Positions 1 to 8,022 are shown, counted from the first letter of the stretch. The stretch: DNA of 64,000 nt from Oceanispirochaeta sp. (GCA_963666275.2 CAXXOA010000001.1:1760001-1824000); one strand, 5' to 3'. Notes: generated from the letters alone by a model not told the origin. Made by a program: numbers and translations.

Positions 1-241
1 ACATAACAGCTTCAGAATAATCATCCGGATCCGCAGCTATTACCATTTCTGTATCTTCCTGGAATGAGTTATGAACTATAACCCTACCCAGTTCAAGTAC
101 TCTCTTGATTTCTTCCCAGGAGAGGGGATCCCCGTGGATATCCTTAATCTCAAAGTTACCGTCCAGGCAGACTTTCAATCCTCTGTATTCCGATTTGTAT
201 TCTGCTATATCCGGGCGGATAACAATTTCTTTTAGTTTCAT
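1..241 (-). CDS. Hypothetical protein with a BRCT-like N-terminus (runs off the window; not in the ORF track)
   Basis: ATG at 241, just after the stop of the upstream gene. Manual translation MKLKEIVIRPDIAEYKSEYRGLKVCLDGNFEIKDIHGDPLSWEEIKRVLELGRVIVHNSFQEDTEMVIAADPDD resembles the BRCT pattern. Confidence 0.6.
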   Translation of the reverse strand, partial: MKLKEIVIRPDIAEYKSEYRGLKVCLDGNFEIKDIHGDPLSWEEIKRVLELGRVIVHNSFQEDTEMVIAADPDDYSEAVM

Positions 242-249
242 CGTTTTTC

Positions 250-2073
250 CTACTTTTTTAGAGCATTAACAGTTATATTCTCACTGAGAACACCCGGTTT
301 AAATAGCCGGTAGGGAAATTCTTTTTTGTTGATGGATTTGTATTCCTCATGAATATTAAAAAGAGTCTCTGCTTCCACCAGGGTCAGATCGAAATCATAA
401 AATGTTTCACTTTCCTGCTTCATGTCCTCAGTAAATGTACCGGATACCAGCAGACATTTTTCTACGGTAAATCCTTTATTTTCATAGTGTTTATAATAGG
501 AGTTCATCTGCCGGGTAACAGTTGAAAACTTACTGTAACTTTCTTTGGAAGATTTACACTCCACAATAATGAGTTTGTTATCACCCAAGTCTAGAACAAT
601 GTCGGCTTTTTCATTTTTGCTGTTTATGGCTGTCCGGAGTTCTTCATTGACGTTGAACCCTAGGCGTTCAAATATCATTTTTGTTGTTCCTTCGAATTCA
701 AAGCCAACATTGATATTGTGAATACCCTGATTCTTTAATCCATCATAATCATTGTTGGCAATCAGGATATAATTTTCCAGATAGAGATTTTCCGACTTTC
801 TGTAATTCCCTAAAACGGCATTTACTTTGTTCTTGCCTCTGTAGGAAATTTTATGATCAGTGCAGAAAGATATCAGAGTATTCTGGGGGAGTAGGTAGAG
901 AATATCTCGGGGTCGGATATTGTAATCCAGCATATTTTCAGCATTGAGTTCAACTGTTTTTTGTATCTGAAATTCTTCCCGTATCATTTGTTCAATTTCT
1001 TTGGAATGAGCAGTTAAATCTCTGAGCAATTTGTCATAACCGTCCCGGGCTATACCTAGATTGGAATCAGTGTCCTGTTCCAGCAGATAGTCAATCAGAA
1101 AGTTTATTCTCTCTTCAATTGTTCTTCCGGTGTTCGGCAGGTGAATTTCCAATTTATTTTCGATAATGTCTTTCAGAAAATCTTTTCTATCCTGCAGCTT
1201 ATCGTTTTGGGAGAAAATCTCATCAGTAAGGATATCATAGATGCTTACTCCCTGTTTTATGATTGCTTCTATCTTGCTGTGTCTCTCTGTTTCCTTAATT
1301 CCATGGAGTTTTTTGACCATGTTGATATTTTTATCAGGGAGTGCTTTCAATATTCGTCTAGTAAATTTATCCGGCAGCTGAATCCCTTTGATGTCTCTCA
1401 GGATTGATATGAACTCATCGGGGATATAGATGGTGTTTTCATTCTTCTTGTAGAAAATTGTGCTTTCATCTTTTGCCAATGTGATGATGTCGTCAATATT
1501 CAGATTATCCAATTCTTTTTCACCGACAACAAGGTAATATAAAGCTCTGGATTCTTCGCTAGATAGTCCAAGTGATGATTTTAGTGTTTGAAGTATTGAA
1601 AGTTCATCAAGGGTTATTTTTTCCTGTGCTCCGTTTTTAAGGTCATTTGTGAAAGCTGTCGATGCACATGCTTTGAATATTTTATAATCCCTTATTCTGG
1701 ATGGATCAGCATCGAAAGGGTTTTCCCCTTTGTCAAACAGAGCTTTAAAATCTTTAATAGTGGATTTTAATTCCTTCACTTCTGCACGGAATAATTCATT
1801 GAACCAGTCCCGGCTCATAATGCAGTTCCCGTCTTTTATGATTATATCTGTAATGAGATCAAGTAGTAGGTTGTTGTTAAGTACGGTCATAAGGCGGTTG
1901 GCGTATAATTTATTAATAGCCGGGTGGGTGAATGCTTTTACAAAATGTTCTGCATCTGTTTTCTTTTCTAGTTCAATTTTTTCATCTATCTGGGAAATTA
2001 TATCGTTCAGGACTTTGTAAAATGGATTGATTTCGATTTGATTGCATTTATTGACTATTTTGAGAAGCTTCAT
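250..2073 (-). CDS. Large protein with a C-terminal PD-(D/E)xK (Mrr-like) endonuclease domain; candidate defence gene
   Basis: C-terminal FE...IFERLGF...KADIVL...IIVECKS motif; AGAGG RBS before the ATG at 2073; AT-rich. Confidence 0.7.
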   Translation of the reverse strand: MKLLKIVNKCNQIEINPFYKVLNDIISQIDEKIELEKKTDAEHFVKAFTHPAINKLYANRLMTVLNNNLLLDLITDIIIKDGNCIMSRDWFNELFRAEVKELKSTIKDFKALFDKGENPFDADPSRIRDYKIFKACASTAFTNDLKNGAQEKITLDELSILQTLKSSLGLSSEESRALYYLVVGEKELDNLNIDDIITLAKDESTIFYKKNENTIYIPDEFISILRDIKGIQLPDKFTRRILKALPDKNINMVKKLHGIKETERHSKIEAIIKQGVSIYDILTDEIFSQNDKLQDRKDFLKDIIENKLEIHLPNTGRTIEERINFLIDYLLEQDTDSNLGIARDGYDKLLRDLTAHSKEIEQMIREEFQIQKTVELNAENMLDYNIRPRDILYLLPQNTLISFCTDHKISYRGKNKVNAVLGNYRKSENLYLENYILIANNDYDGLKNQGIHNINVGFEFEGTTKMIFERLGFNVNEELRTAINSKNEKADIVLDLGDNKLIIVECKSSKESYSKFSTVTRQMNSYYKHYENKGFTVEKCLLVSGTFTEDMKQESETFYDFDLTLVEAETLFNIHEEYKSINKKEFPYRLFKPGVLSENITVNALKK

Positions 2074-2288
2074 GTCATACCTCTGGAAATGGAAGGATGT
2101 ATTCAATGATATTCTTAACAATAAACATTATCAACAATAAAAAATAAAACATTTTTCCAGAATAATAATTTATTACCTAGATGGTAATAATAATATTTCT
2201 ATAAAAAACCCTTGATCTGTTTTTAAATTAATCTTAACGTATGTATAGTGCTGGTAGGGGCACTCGAAAGAGTGAAGGAGTAATCCTT

Positions 2289-2393
2289 ATGAAAAAATCC
2301 AGTACGAAAGACCTTACGGAAGATGAGTTGCAGGAGCTGTTAAAGCGGATAGCAGCCATTGCTGCGAAAAGGCGGAAAAACCGGAGTAAGTGA
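2289..2393 (+). CDS. 34-aa peptide resembling the C-terminal helix of the prophage repressor (not in the ORF track)
   Basis: GAAGGAG RBS; MKKSSTKDLTEDELQELLKRIAAIAAKRRKNRSK; TG-TATAGT -10-like box at ~2242-2249; terminator follows. Confidence 0.7.
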   Translation: MKKSSTKDLTEDELQELLKRIAAIAAKRRKNRSK

Positions 2394-2420
2394 CTGGAAA
2401 GGTTACTCTCCGGTTTTTTT
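2376..2420 (+). terminator. Intrinsic terminator after the 34-aa ORF
   Basis: CCGGAG...CTCCGG stem followed by a T-run. Confidence 0.6.
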
Positions 2421-2431
2421 ATATATATAAA

Positions 2432-2456
2432 AAGGCTCCTACAAAATAGGAGCCTT
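2432..2456 (-). terminator. Hairpin terminator for the minus-strand 2480-3164 genes
   Basis: AAGGCTCCT-acaaaat-AGGAGCCTT, with an A-run on the left that is a T-run on the minus strand. Confidence 0.6.
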
Positions 2457-2479
2457 GAAATCAAAAAAATATTTTATGA

Positions 2480-2899
2480 CTAATCGTTGTCTCTTTTATT
2501 ATTGGTACGGACTATCTGTGCAGCATATCCAAGTACAAAACCAACAAGGATCTTCAATATATCCTTAAAGAAATTAAATATCTTATCAATAATTGCATCG
2601 TTATGATCTGAAAGATACCAGATTAGAGCTCCACCACCTAAAAGCAGAATAGCTATCAGAACAGCGCCAAGCTTTACGATCAGTTTTTTGAAATCGAATG
2701 ATTTCTCTATAAACTGGCTTTGAACATCAAGTTCCCTGTTTGCTATTTGGGTTGCTTCTTTGCTTGATTCCCTTGAGGCTTCAAGTTCTTTGGCAACATT
2801 TTCTTCACGCAGACGTTCTATTTCTGTCCTGCTCATTTCTATATCGAGAAACTTATTTATATCTACTTTTTCTGGTAGGTTCTGATTATCTTTTGGCAT
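2480..2899 (-). CDS. Coiled-coil plus two-TM membrane protein (prophage accessory gene)
   Basis: 139 aa; charged N-half, then two hydrophobic segments; AT-rich. Confidence 0.7.
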   Translation of the reverse strand: MPKDNQNLPEKVDINKFLDIEMSRTEIERLREENVAKELEASRESSKEATQIANRELDVQSQFIEKSFDFKKLIVKLGAVLIAILLLGGGALIWYLSDHNDAIIDKIFNFFKDILKILVGFVLGYAAQIVRTNNKRDND

Positions 2900-3164
2900 T
2901 CTTACTTACCAATGAGTTTTGTATTCTTTCTAAGCGGTTAATAGCTTTCCCCATACTACTGTTAGGATCAATATCTATGGAATGGAAAGCTCTACTCTTC
3001 ATGCTGTTCTGAAGAGCATTTTTCCTGATACGTGTTGCAAGAATCCCTTTACCAAGACGATAAGAAAAACGATAGAAATATGGATGCTCTACTTGTCTGC
3101 TGATAGAGAGCATATCATTCATTTCATGCATTGTAACTCTCTTTGTTTGCATATTCATCTCCAT
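2886..3164 (-). CDS. Small basic hypothetical protein coupled to the membrane protein gene
   Basis: 92-aa ORF overlapping the next gene by 14 nt. Confidence 0.55.
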   Translation of the reverse strand: MEMNMQTKRVTMHEMNDMLSISRQVEHPYFYRFSYRLGKGILATRIRKNALQNSMKSRAFHSIDIDPNSSMGKAINRLERIQNSLVSKNAKR

Positions 3165-3294
3165 ATGAAATTCTAAATTAAGTCAACTTAAACTACAACT
3201 GTTTAACAGACCTGTCAATTAGTACCGGATAACAATACTTACTGTATAACTCATATTAGTAAATAAATCAAAATTATTACTGGTTACGGAAAAG

Positions 3295-3651
3295 TTACTC
3301 CCCACCTTTCTTATTTCTTAAAGAAGTAACAACAGCCCCGGCCTCAATCAAATCCAGAAACCTGTCCAGATCCTGCAGCTCCTCCTCAGAAAGGTCATCA
3401 ATCCACTTGTGCATCATAGATTTTAACTCGGACATCCCTTCATATTTGTTTGCTTCAGCATCGGTTAAAAACTCAACACTAACACCAAGTTCTTTTGCTA
3501 TAGCTACTGATTCAGACGCTGATGGTTCAGTATCTCTTTTTATCCAGTTACTTACAGTGCTTCTTGGTCTATCCACAATTCTTGATATATCGGCTTGAGA
3601 TAAACCCTTTTTGTAGAGCAGTGGTAATGTCTTTTCCCAAAATGTACTCAT
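3295..3651 (-). CDS. XRE-family HTH prophage repressor (CI-like, no peptidase domain)
   Basis: GLSQADISRIVDRPRSTVSNW...IAKELGVSVEFL HTH_3 pattern; divergent from the early operon; short acidic helical C-terminus. Confidence 0.88.
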   Translation of the reverse strand: MSTFWEKTLPLLYKKGLSQADISRIVDRPRSTVSNWIKRDTEPSASESVAIAKELGVSVEFLTDAEANKYEGMSELKSMMHKWIDDLSEEELQDLDRFLDLIEAGAVVTSLRNKKGGE

Positions 3652-3672
3652 GTTTATTTTCTCGACACATTG

Positions 3673-3759
3673 TACCATTTTTGGGATAAAAAGATAAAAT
3701 TATTATTGACATAAAACCAATAATGGTACATTAATAGTTTATGAATACCAAAATTGGGA
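3673..3759. promoter_or_regulatory. Genetic switch with three operator-like WACCA-N4-TGGKA sites and a TTGACA promoter
   Basis: TACCAttttTGGGA 3673-3686, AACCAataaTGGTA 3715-3728, TACCAaaatTGGGA 3746-3759; TTGACA at 3706-3711. Confidence 0.7.
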
Positions 3760-3914
3760 CAAAGAATATAAAGATCAACGGAAATATTCACATCCGGATT
3801 AAGACAAGAGCTGCAATTGAAGACAGGAAGATACAAGAGGTTGTTGAAGAGGCAATATCTAATTACCTGATTTCAAAAGAGCATGATAAAAACCACAACA
3901 AAATGAGTAGTTAA
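3741..3914 (+). CDS. 57-aa ribbon-helix-helix-like protein in the Cro position (not in the ORF track)
   Basis: MNTKIGTKNIKINGNIHIRIKTRAAIEDRKIQEVVEEAISNYLISKE: alternating beta strand plus two helices, Arc/CopG-like. Confidence 0.72.
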   Translation: MNTKIGTKNIKINGNIHIRIKTRAAIEDRKIQEVVEEAISNYLISKEHDKNHNKMSS

Positions 3915-3959
3915 GAAATAAAGAAATAGCGCAATATTGCGCTTTTTAAAGGAGCCGTT

Positions 3960-4289
3960 ATGAACATCCCCGACATTGAAGATTTCAAAAGATTGGAAAA
4001 GAAAGTCTCAGCCACTCAGTTCATGATGAAAGAACTCCTGGACCTGGTAGGAGATCCTGTCCTTAACCTTGATGATGTAGCTGCCAGAGAAGGAATTTCC
4101 CGCTCCATGCTTATGAGGGAACGGTGGCGGATACCCAATTTCGGACAGTCCGACTTTGCTACCGGAAGAAAACGCTGGAGATTGAGCTCCTACTGCAAAT
4201 GGCGTGAACGGGATGAACTGGCACGGAAAGAGGAGTGGGATCTGATGCGTATTCATGATCGGGAAAAGATTGTGATGGGGCAGTTTTAA
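3960..4289 (+). CDS. Excisionase/AlpA-like HTH DNA-binding protein
   Basis: LNLDDVAAREGISRSML...RKRWRLS pattern; AAGGAG RBS. Confidence 0.6.
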   Translation: MNIPDIEDFKRLEKKVSATQFMMKELLDLVGDPVLNLDDVAAREGISRSMLMRERWRIPNFGQSDFATGRKRWRLSSYCKWRERDELARKEEWDLMRIHDREKIVMGQF

Positions 4290-4296
4290 ATTATTC

Positions 4297-4367
4297 GGTA
4301 CCGACCCACAGCAGGTTTCAGACATGCCTGCAGGCGTGGTCAGGCGGTTCAAGTCCATCCGGTGCCA
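4297..4367 (+). ncRNA. tRNA-like element 1 (acceptor stem and T-arm, non-canonical centre)
   Basis: GGTACCG/CGGTGCC 7-bp stem plus A; GGCGG-TTCAAGT-CCATC T-arm (one mismatch); central GCAGG/CCTGC hairpin. Confidence 0.6.
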
Positions 4368-4490
4368 GAAAAATCCAACCGTAACCGGTCATTGCGGCAA
4401 TGGTGATCCTGCTCCCGTAGCGAAGGGGGATTCGCTCAGGATTTTAGAAACCGGTACCCTTCACGGTGTTTCGGCCCGGAGGGTTTATTC

Positions 4491-4565
4491 AGGCTGGTTG
4501 TGTAGTGGCAATGCCCCAGGGATTGAGAGGCCCCCGGCCCCCGGGTTCGATTCCCGGTCAGCCTA
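4491..4565 (+). ncRNA. tRNA-like element 2 (acceptor, D-arm, T-arm; irregular anticodon arm)
   Basis: AGGCTGG/TCAGCCT plus A; GTGT-AGTGGCA-ATGC D-arm; CCGGG-TTCGATT-CCCGG T-arm. Confidence 0.7.
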
Positions 4566-4623
4566 TTCTTCCTTGGAATGGAATAGTTTTTCGATGTCTT
4601 GGCCGAGACGGATCCGGCCACAA

Positions 4624-4690
4624 TGGCAGGTAATGCGGTAGGAGGGTTTTCTCCTTTTCCCTTCTGGGGGTTCGATTCCCTCCCTGTCAA
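4624..4690 (+). ncRNA. tRNA-like element 3 (acceptor stem and T-arm, no D-arm)
   Basis: TGGCAGG/CCTGTCA plus A; GGGGG-TTCGATT-CCCTC T-arm; central AGGAG/CTCCT hairpin. Confidence 0.62.
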
Positions 4691-4818
4691 ATAGATGAGC
4701 CTGACCAGCTCATTCATTGCGACACATGCCCTGCGGCCGCAGGTGAACAGGTTGAAGTTGTGTGACGGGTGCAGAGAGAGGCACATCTTATAAATCCATA
4801 AATCATGTGAGGTCAAAC

Positions 4819-5052
4819 ATGAAAAAGACTCAAAGCCTGACCTGCGGGTTCATGCTGGTAAGAAACGGGCAATTCGGCCCCTGTGGGAATAAAGCAACTA
4901 TGTACTTTAAAAAAGCCCCCCTTTGTGATGAATGCTCGGAATATGTGAAAGGCCGGGGAGAGAACATCTTTCCTATTACGGAAGAGTTCGAGAAAAAGGC
5001 TCATGCTTCGGAAGAACGGAAAGCCAAAAAGATGGAGGGAATACACGCATGA
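4819..5052 (+). CDS. Small Cys-rich (zinc-finger-like) phage protein
   Basis: C...C...CDEC; GAGG RBS; ATGA overlap with parA. Confidence 0.6.
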   Translation: MKKTQSLTCGFMLVRNGQFGPCGNKATMYFKKAPLCDECSEYVKGRGENIFPITEEFEKKAHASEERKAKKMEGIHA

Positions 5053-5813
5053 AAACTATTGCATTCAGTTCCATCAAAGGCGGTACGGGTAAATCATCCA
5101 ATGCCATTATGCAGGCCAACTATCTGGCCCAGGCTGGAAAGAAGGTTTTGTGTATCGATATGGATATTCAGAACTCCATGACATTCTACTATGTTGATGA
5201 TCCGGAAGCTGTAGAATACAACTCAATAGCAGAAGCTCTTCACCGGGGAGATCTGATGGATAATGTACTGGAGACTATCTATGCCAATATTCATCTTATT
5301 CCTTCTTCATTTAACCTGGTGAATCTGAGGACTATCAGTATCCTGACTCTCAAACGGCTGTTAAGCCAGGTATCCGAGAATTATGATTTTTGCATCATAG
5401 ATACAGCTCCTACGTGGGACAACATTACTTTGAATGCCCTGTTTGCGGCAGACAGGATAGTAACTCCCTGCTATCTGTCTCAATGGGATTGGAAAGGAGC
5501 CTTGTTTTTCCAGAATCAGATTATTCAGGATCTGGGTGAAGAACACCTGCAAAAATGGAATCTTTTAGTGAACTCCTGGAAACCTCCCAGAACGGATAAT
5601 CCAGATAATATTCTGAACCAGTTGGATACGCTGTTCTTGAATAGTTTTGATAACATCCTTGAAATCCGGATCCCCCATGAAAGCCTGATAAAAAAGTATA
5701 TCGACACTGGGGAGCGGATCTCCATGGCAAAGGATAAGAGCCGTCTATTCCTGGCGGCAGAAGCCCTCTCTCAGCTCTTAACAGGGGAGCGGTTGAATGT
5801 GGAGGCTTTCTGA
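5049..5813 (+). CDS. parA: ParA family ATPase
   Basis: Deviant Walker A KGGTGKS, IDMDIQ, IIDTAP. Confidence 0.92.
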   Translation: MKTIAFSSIKGGTGKSSNAIMQANYLAQAGKKVLCIDMDIQNSMTFYYVDDPEAVEYNSIAEALHRGDLMDNVLETIYANIHLIPSSFNLVNLRTISILTLKRLLSQVSENYDFCIIDTAPTWDNITLNALFAADRIVTPCYLSQWDWKGALFFQNQIIQDLGEEHLQKWNLLVNSWKPPRTDNPDNILNQLDTLFLNSFDNILEIRIPHESLIKKYIDTGERISMAKDKSRLFLAAEALSQLLTGERLNVEAF

Positions 5814-6658
5814 TGGCCAGGGGATTAACTGTAAAGGCGAATCCCGGCAAAGAGAAAATGACGGGAGGACTGTCTCTGAATCAGCTGAGTGAGCAGATCA
5901 GGGAGCTACGGGCAAAGGTTCCTGTAATTACTTCTCCAGAGAATATTCCTACCGGAGAGCCCTTTGTCAGTCTCTTTCCGATCCAGCAGAGAAACCTGGA
6001 ATCCATTATGGAATCCATCGGGCAGAACGGGTTTGATCCCCGGAAGGCTCTGATAGTCGGGATTTTTCCGGATGGTACCAGCTTTCTTGTGGATGGTCAT
6101 ACAAGACTGTCCGCAGTGAAGGCTCTGGGGCTGGAAGAAGTCCCTATGTGGCACCAGACATTTGATAGTGTGGATGATGCAGTGGATTGGGCACTTCATG
6201 AGCAGATCGATCGTCGGAATCTTTCTGAGTCCGAGCTGTATGACTATGTATTGAAAGTAGATCAGATGAAATCCAGAGGGAGGGGTGACAGTGCATATAA
6301 AGGAAAATCTTCAGAGAGAACTGCCGATATCGTCGGTACTTCTCCCCGGAAAGTGGAGCAGATCAGGACTGTTGAGAGGGATGCTTCTGAACAGCAGAAA
6401 GAGGCGATCAGGTCAGGTGACAAATCTGTTAATCAGACCTACCGGGAAATAAAGGGTAAAGATAAAGCGCAACATTGCGCTAATTCCAGAGAACCAGAAA
6501 GGAACTGGGTGGTCAAAACCTATATTGGGAAGGTTTCTCTTATCAGAAATGGTGAAGAGGTTGTGCTGGTGAATTATACCACCATGGAGACATTGTATGG
6601 TGCCCCAGCTGAGAAGTTGCGGAAGGTGGTGGAACAGTATCTGGAGAAGATTTTGTGA
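5813..6658 (+). CDS. parB: ParB-like protein (ParB N-terminal domain plus HTH)
   Basis: LVDGHTRL..EQIDRRNL motifs; translationally coupled to parA. Confidence 0.88.
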   Translation: MARGLTVKANPGKEKMTGGLSLNQLSEQIRELRAKVPVITSPENIPTGEPFVSLFPIQQRNLESIMESIGQNGFDPRKALIVGIFPDGTSFLVDGHTRLSAVKALGLEEVPMWHQTFDSVDDAVDWALHEQIDRRNLSESELYDYVLKVDQMKSRGRGDSAYKGKSSERTADIVGTSPRKVEQIRTVERDASEQQKEAIRSGDKSVNQTYREIKGKDKAQHCANSREPERNWVVKTYIGKVSLIRNGEEVVLVNYTTMETLYGAPAEKLRKVVEQYLEKIL

Positions 6659-6909
6659 ACTCTCCCTCCCATATCAGCCGGGATCATTTTTTTCGTATTG
6701 CAGAGGAAATATACCGCTGGGATCTTGTTCCCAGGGAGAAAGATATCCTGGAGGGGATGGCTCGGAAGTTTACCGGAAGTGTAGTTCTGGATAACTGGGA
6801 ATTGTTTCAGAAACGGTTTCCAGGGCATCCGGCGTGGGAGTTTGAGGAATGGTATAACGTGATTATTTCTTACGAGGAGGAAGAGGATGACGATGAAGGA
6901 GATTCTTGA
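6655..6909 (+). CDS. Hypothetical phage protein
   Basis: GTGA overlap with parB; acidic tail. Confidence 0.6.
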   Translation: MNSPSHISRDHFFRIAEEIYRWDLVPREKDILEGMARKFTGSVVLDNWELFQKRFPGHPAWEFEEWYNVIISYEEEEDDDEGDS

Positions 6910-7120
6910 GTCCGGACAAAAACTGGATTCAGAGGATTTATATACATTTAGATGTAACTTAAATGAGTTTCAAAGAGATCTTGCTGTCATCCTTCTACTG
7001 GATCGATTGACTAGTGAAGGTAAAACTGCTGTCCAGATCTATAACATGCTTGCCAAAGAGGAGGAACAGTTCTTTGGAGTTTTGAACGAAAAGACCGGAG
7101 GGAACTCATGCACTGTATGA
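6887..7120 (+). CDS. Hypothetical phage protein
   Basis: In the operon; GAGGAGG RBS. Confidence 0.6.
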   Translation: MTMKEILESGQKLDSEDLYTFRCNLNEFQRDLAVILLLDRLTSEGKTAVQIYNMLAKEEEQFFGVLNEKTGGNSCTV

Positions 7121-7707
7121 GCTGTGAGCATTTTAAAGAGACCTGTGAATTGGAACAGATATACGCATCAGGCTGTCTGAAAAACTGTCCTATTCTGGGT
7201 AGGTCTGAACCGATCATCAATCCTTCCGGTGCAAACTTCCAGATAATGAAAGAGGTGATCCGAAATCCTGACGGTATTGAGAAAGTGAAAGTTATTCCCT
7301 ATGAAAAACCGGGAAAAAGTGGATGGTATGCGAGGATCTGGCTCTGTTATGAAGGGAAAGGCCTGGTGATAGATTCCGGTTTTACTCCGACCCTTCCTCT
7401 GGGGGCTATCTGGTTCGCCTGGCAGAAAGCGAAAAGGGAGATAGAGAGAATCGGGCATAAAGGGTTGGAAATGCTATTGCCCTATGTTTGCGCCCGTATC
7501 GGGTTTGATTATTCCAGTATTGAGTATCAGGCGATTCAGAAGAATCCTCCTCCAGAAGTTCCGAAACCGGAACCGACTCCACCGCCTCCGAAACCTGCGG
7601 CAAAGAGGATGTTTGTTCCTGTCTCCGAAGAGAATCTTCTGCCGGTTTCTGATCCTGCTAATGATGATAAAAGCCGGGGAGATCAGATGGACCTGTTTGC
7701 GTGTTGA
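7108..7707 (+). CDS. Hypothetical phage protein with a Cys-rich N-terminus and Pro-rich linker
   Basis: GGAGG RBS; C-terminal QMDLF resembles a beta-clamp-binding motif. Confidence 0.65.
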   Translation: MHCMSCEHFKETCELEQIYASGCLKNCPILGRSEPIINPSGANFQIMKEVIRNPDGIEKVKVIPYEKPGKSGWYARIWLCYEGKGLVIDSGFTPTLPLGAIWFAWQKAKREIERIGHKGLEMLLPYVCARIGFDYSSIEYQAIQKNPPPEVPKPEPTPPPPKPAAKRMFVPVSEENLLPVSDPANDDKSRGDQMDLFAC

Positions 7708-7722
7708 GAGGAGTACTGAGTT

Positions 7723-8022
7723 ATGAGAAGTAGAGAAAGAGTAAGAGCAATCGATTCCTATATAAAAGCGAATTATCCAACTGACGGCCCCGATAGGGTA
7801 TCTGAAGCCTTGGGGGAGCCACGGGAGTATGTTATGGCCCGGGCGCACCATCTGAAAATCAGAATGCCTGGAAATCCCAGAAAGAAGAAAGCTAAGAAGC
7901 CGTCGAAAACGGGAATTATCAGGAGATTGGAACTGGATAATATGACTCTAAGAAAAGAGTTGATTAGGCAAACTCATATTAACCATCTTCTAAAAAAGAA
8001 ACTGGAGCTGACAAATGCTTAA
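7723..8022 (+). CDS. Hypothetical basic phage protein, possible HTH
   Basis: GAGGAG RBS; DRVSEALGEPREYVMARA. Confidence 0.6.
   Translation: MRSRERVRAIDSYIKANYPTDGPDRVSEALGEPREYVMARAHHLKIRMPGNPRKKKAKKPSKTGIIRRLELDNMTLRKELIRQTHINHLLKKKLELTNA

Noticed and set aside
4297..4690. Functional decoding tRNAs (e.g. a TCA/Sec reading of element 1 or a GAG/Leu reading of element 2)
   Set aside because: No canonical 5-bp anticodon stem with a 7-nt loop and no long variable arm
4324..4816. ORFs 4324-4641 (+) and 4436-4816 (-)
   Set aside because: No RBS, atypical composition; they overlap the structured tRNA-like elements
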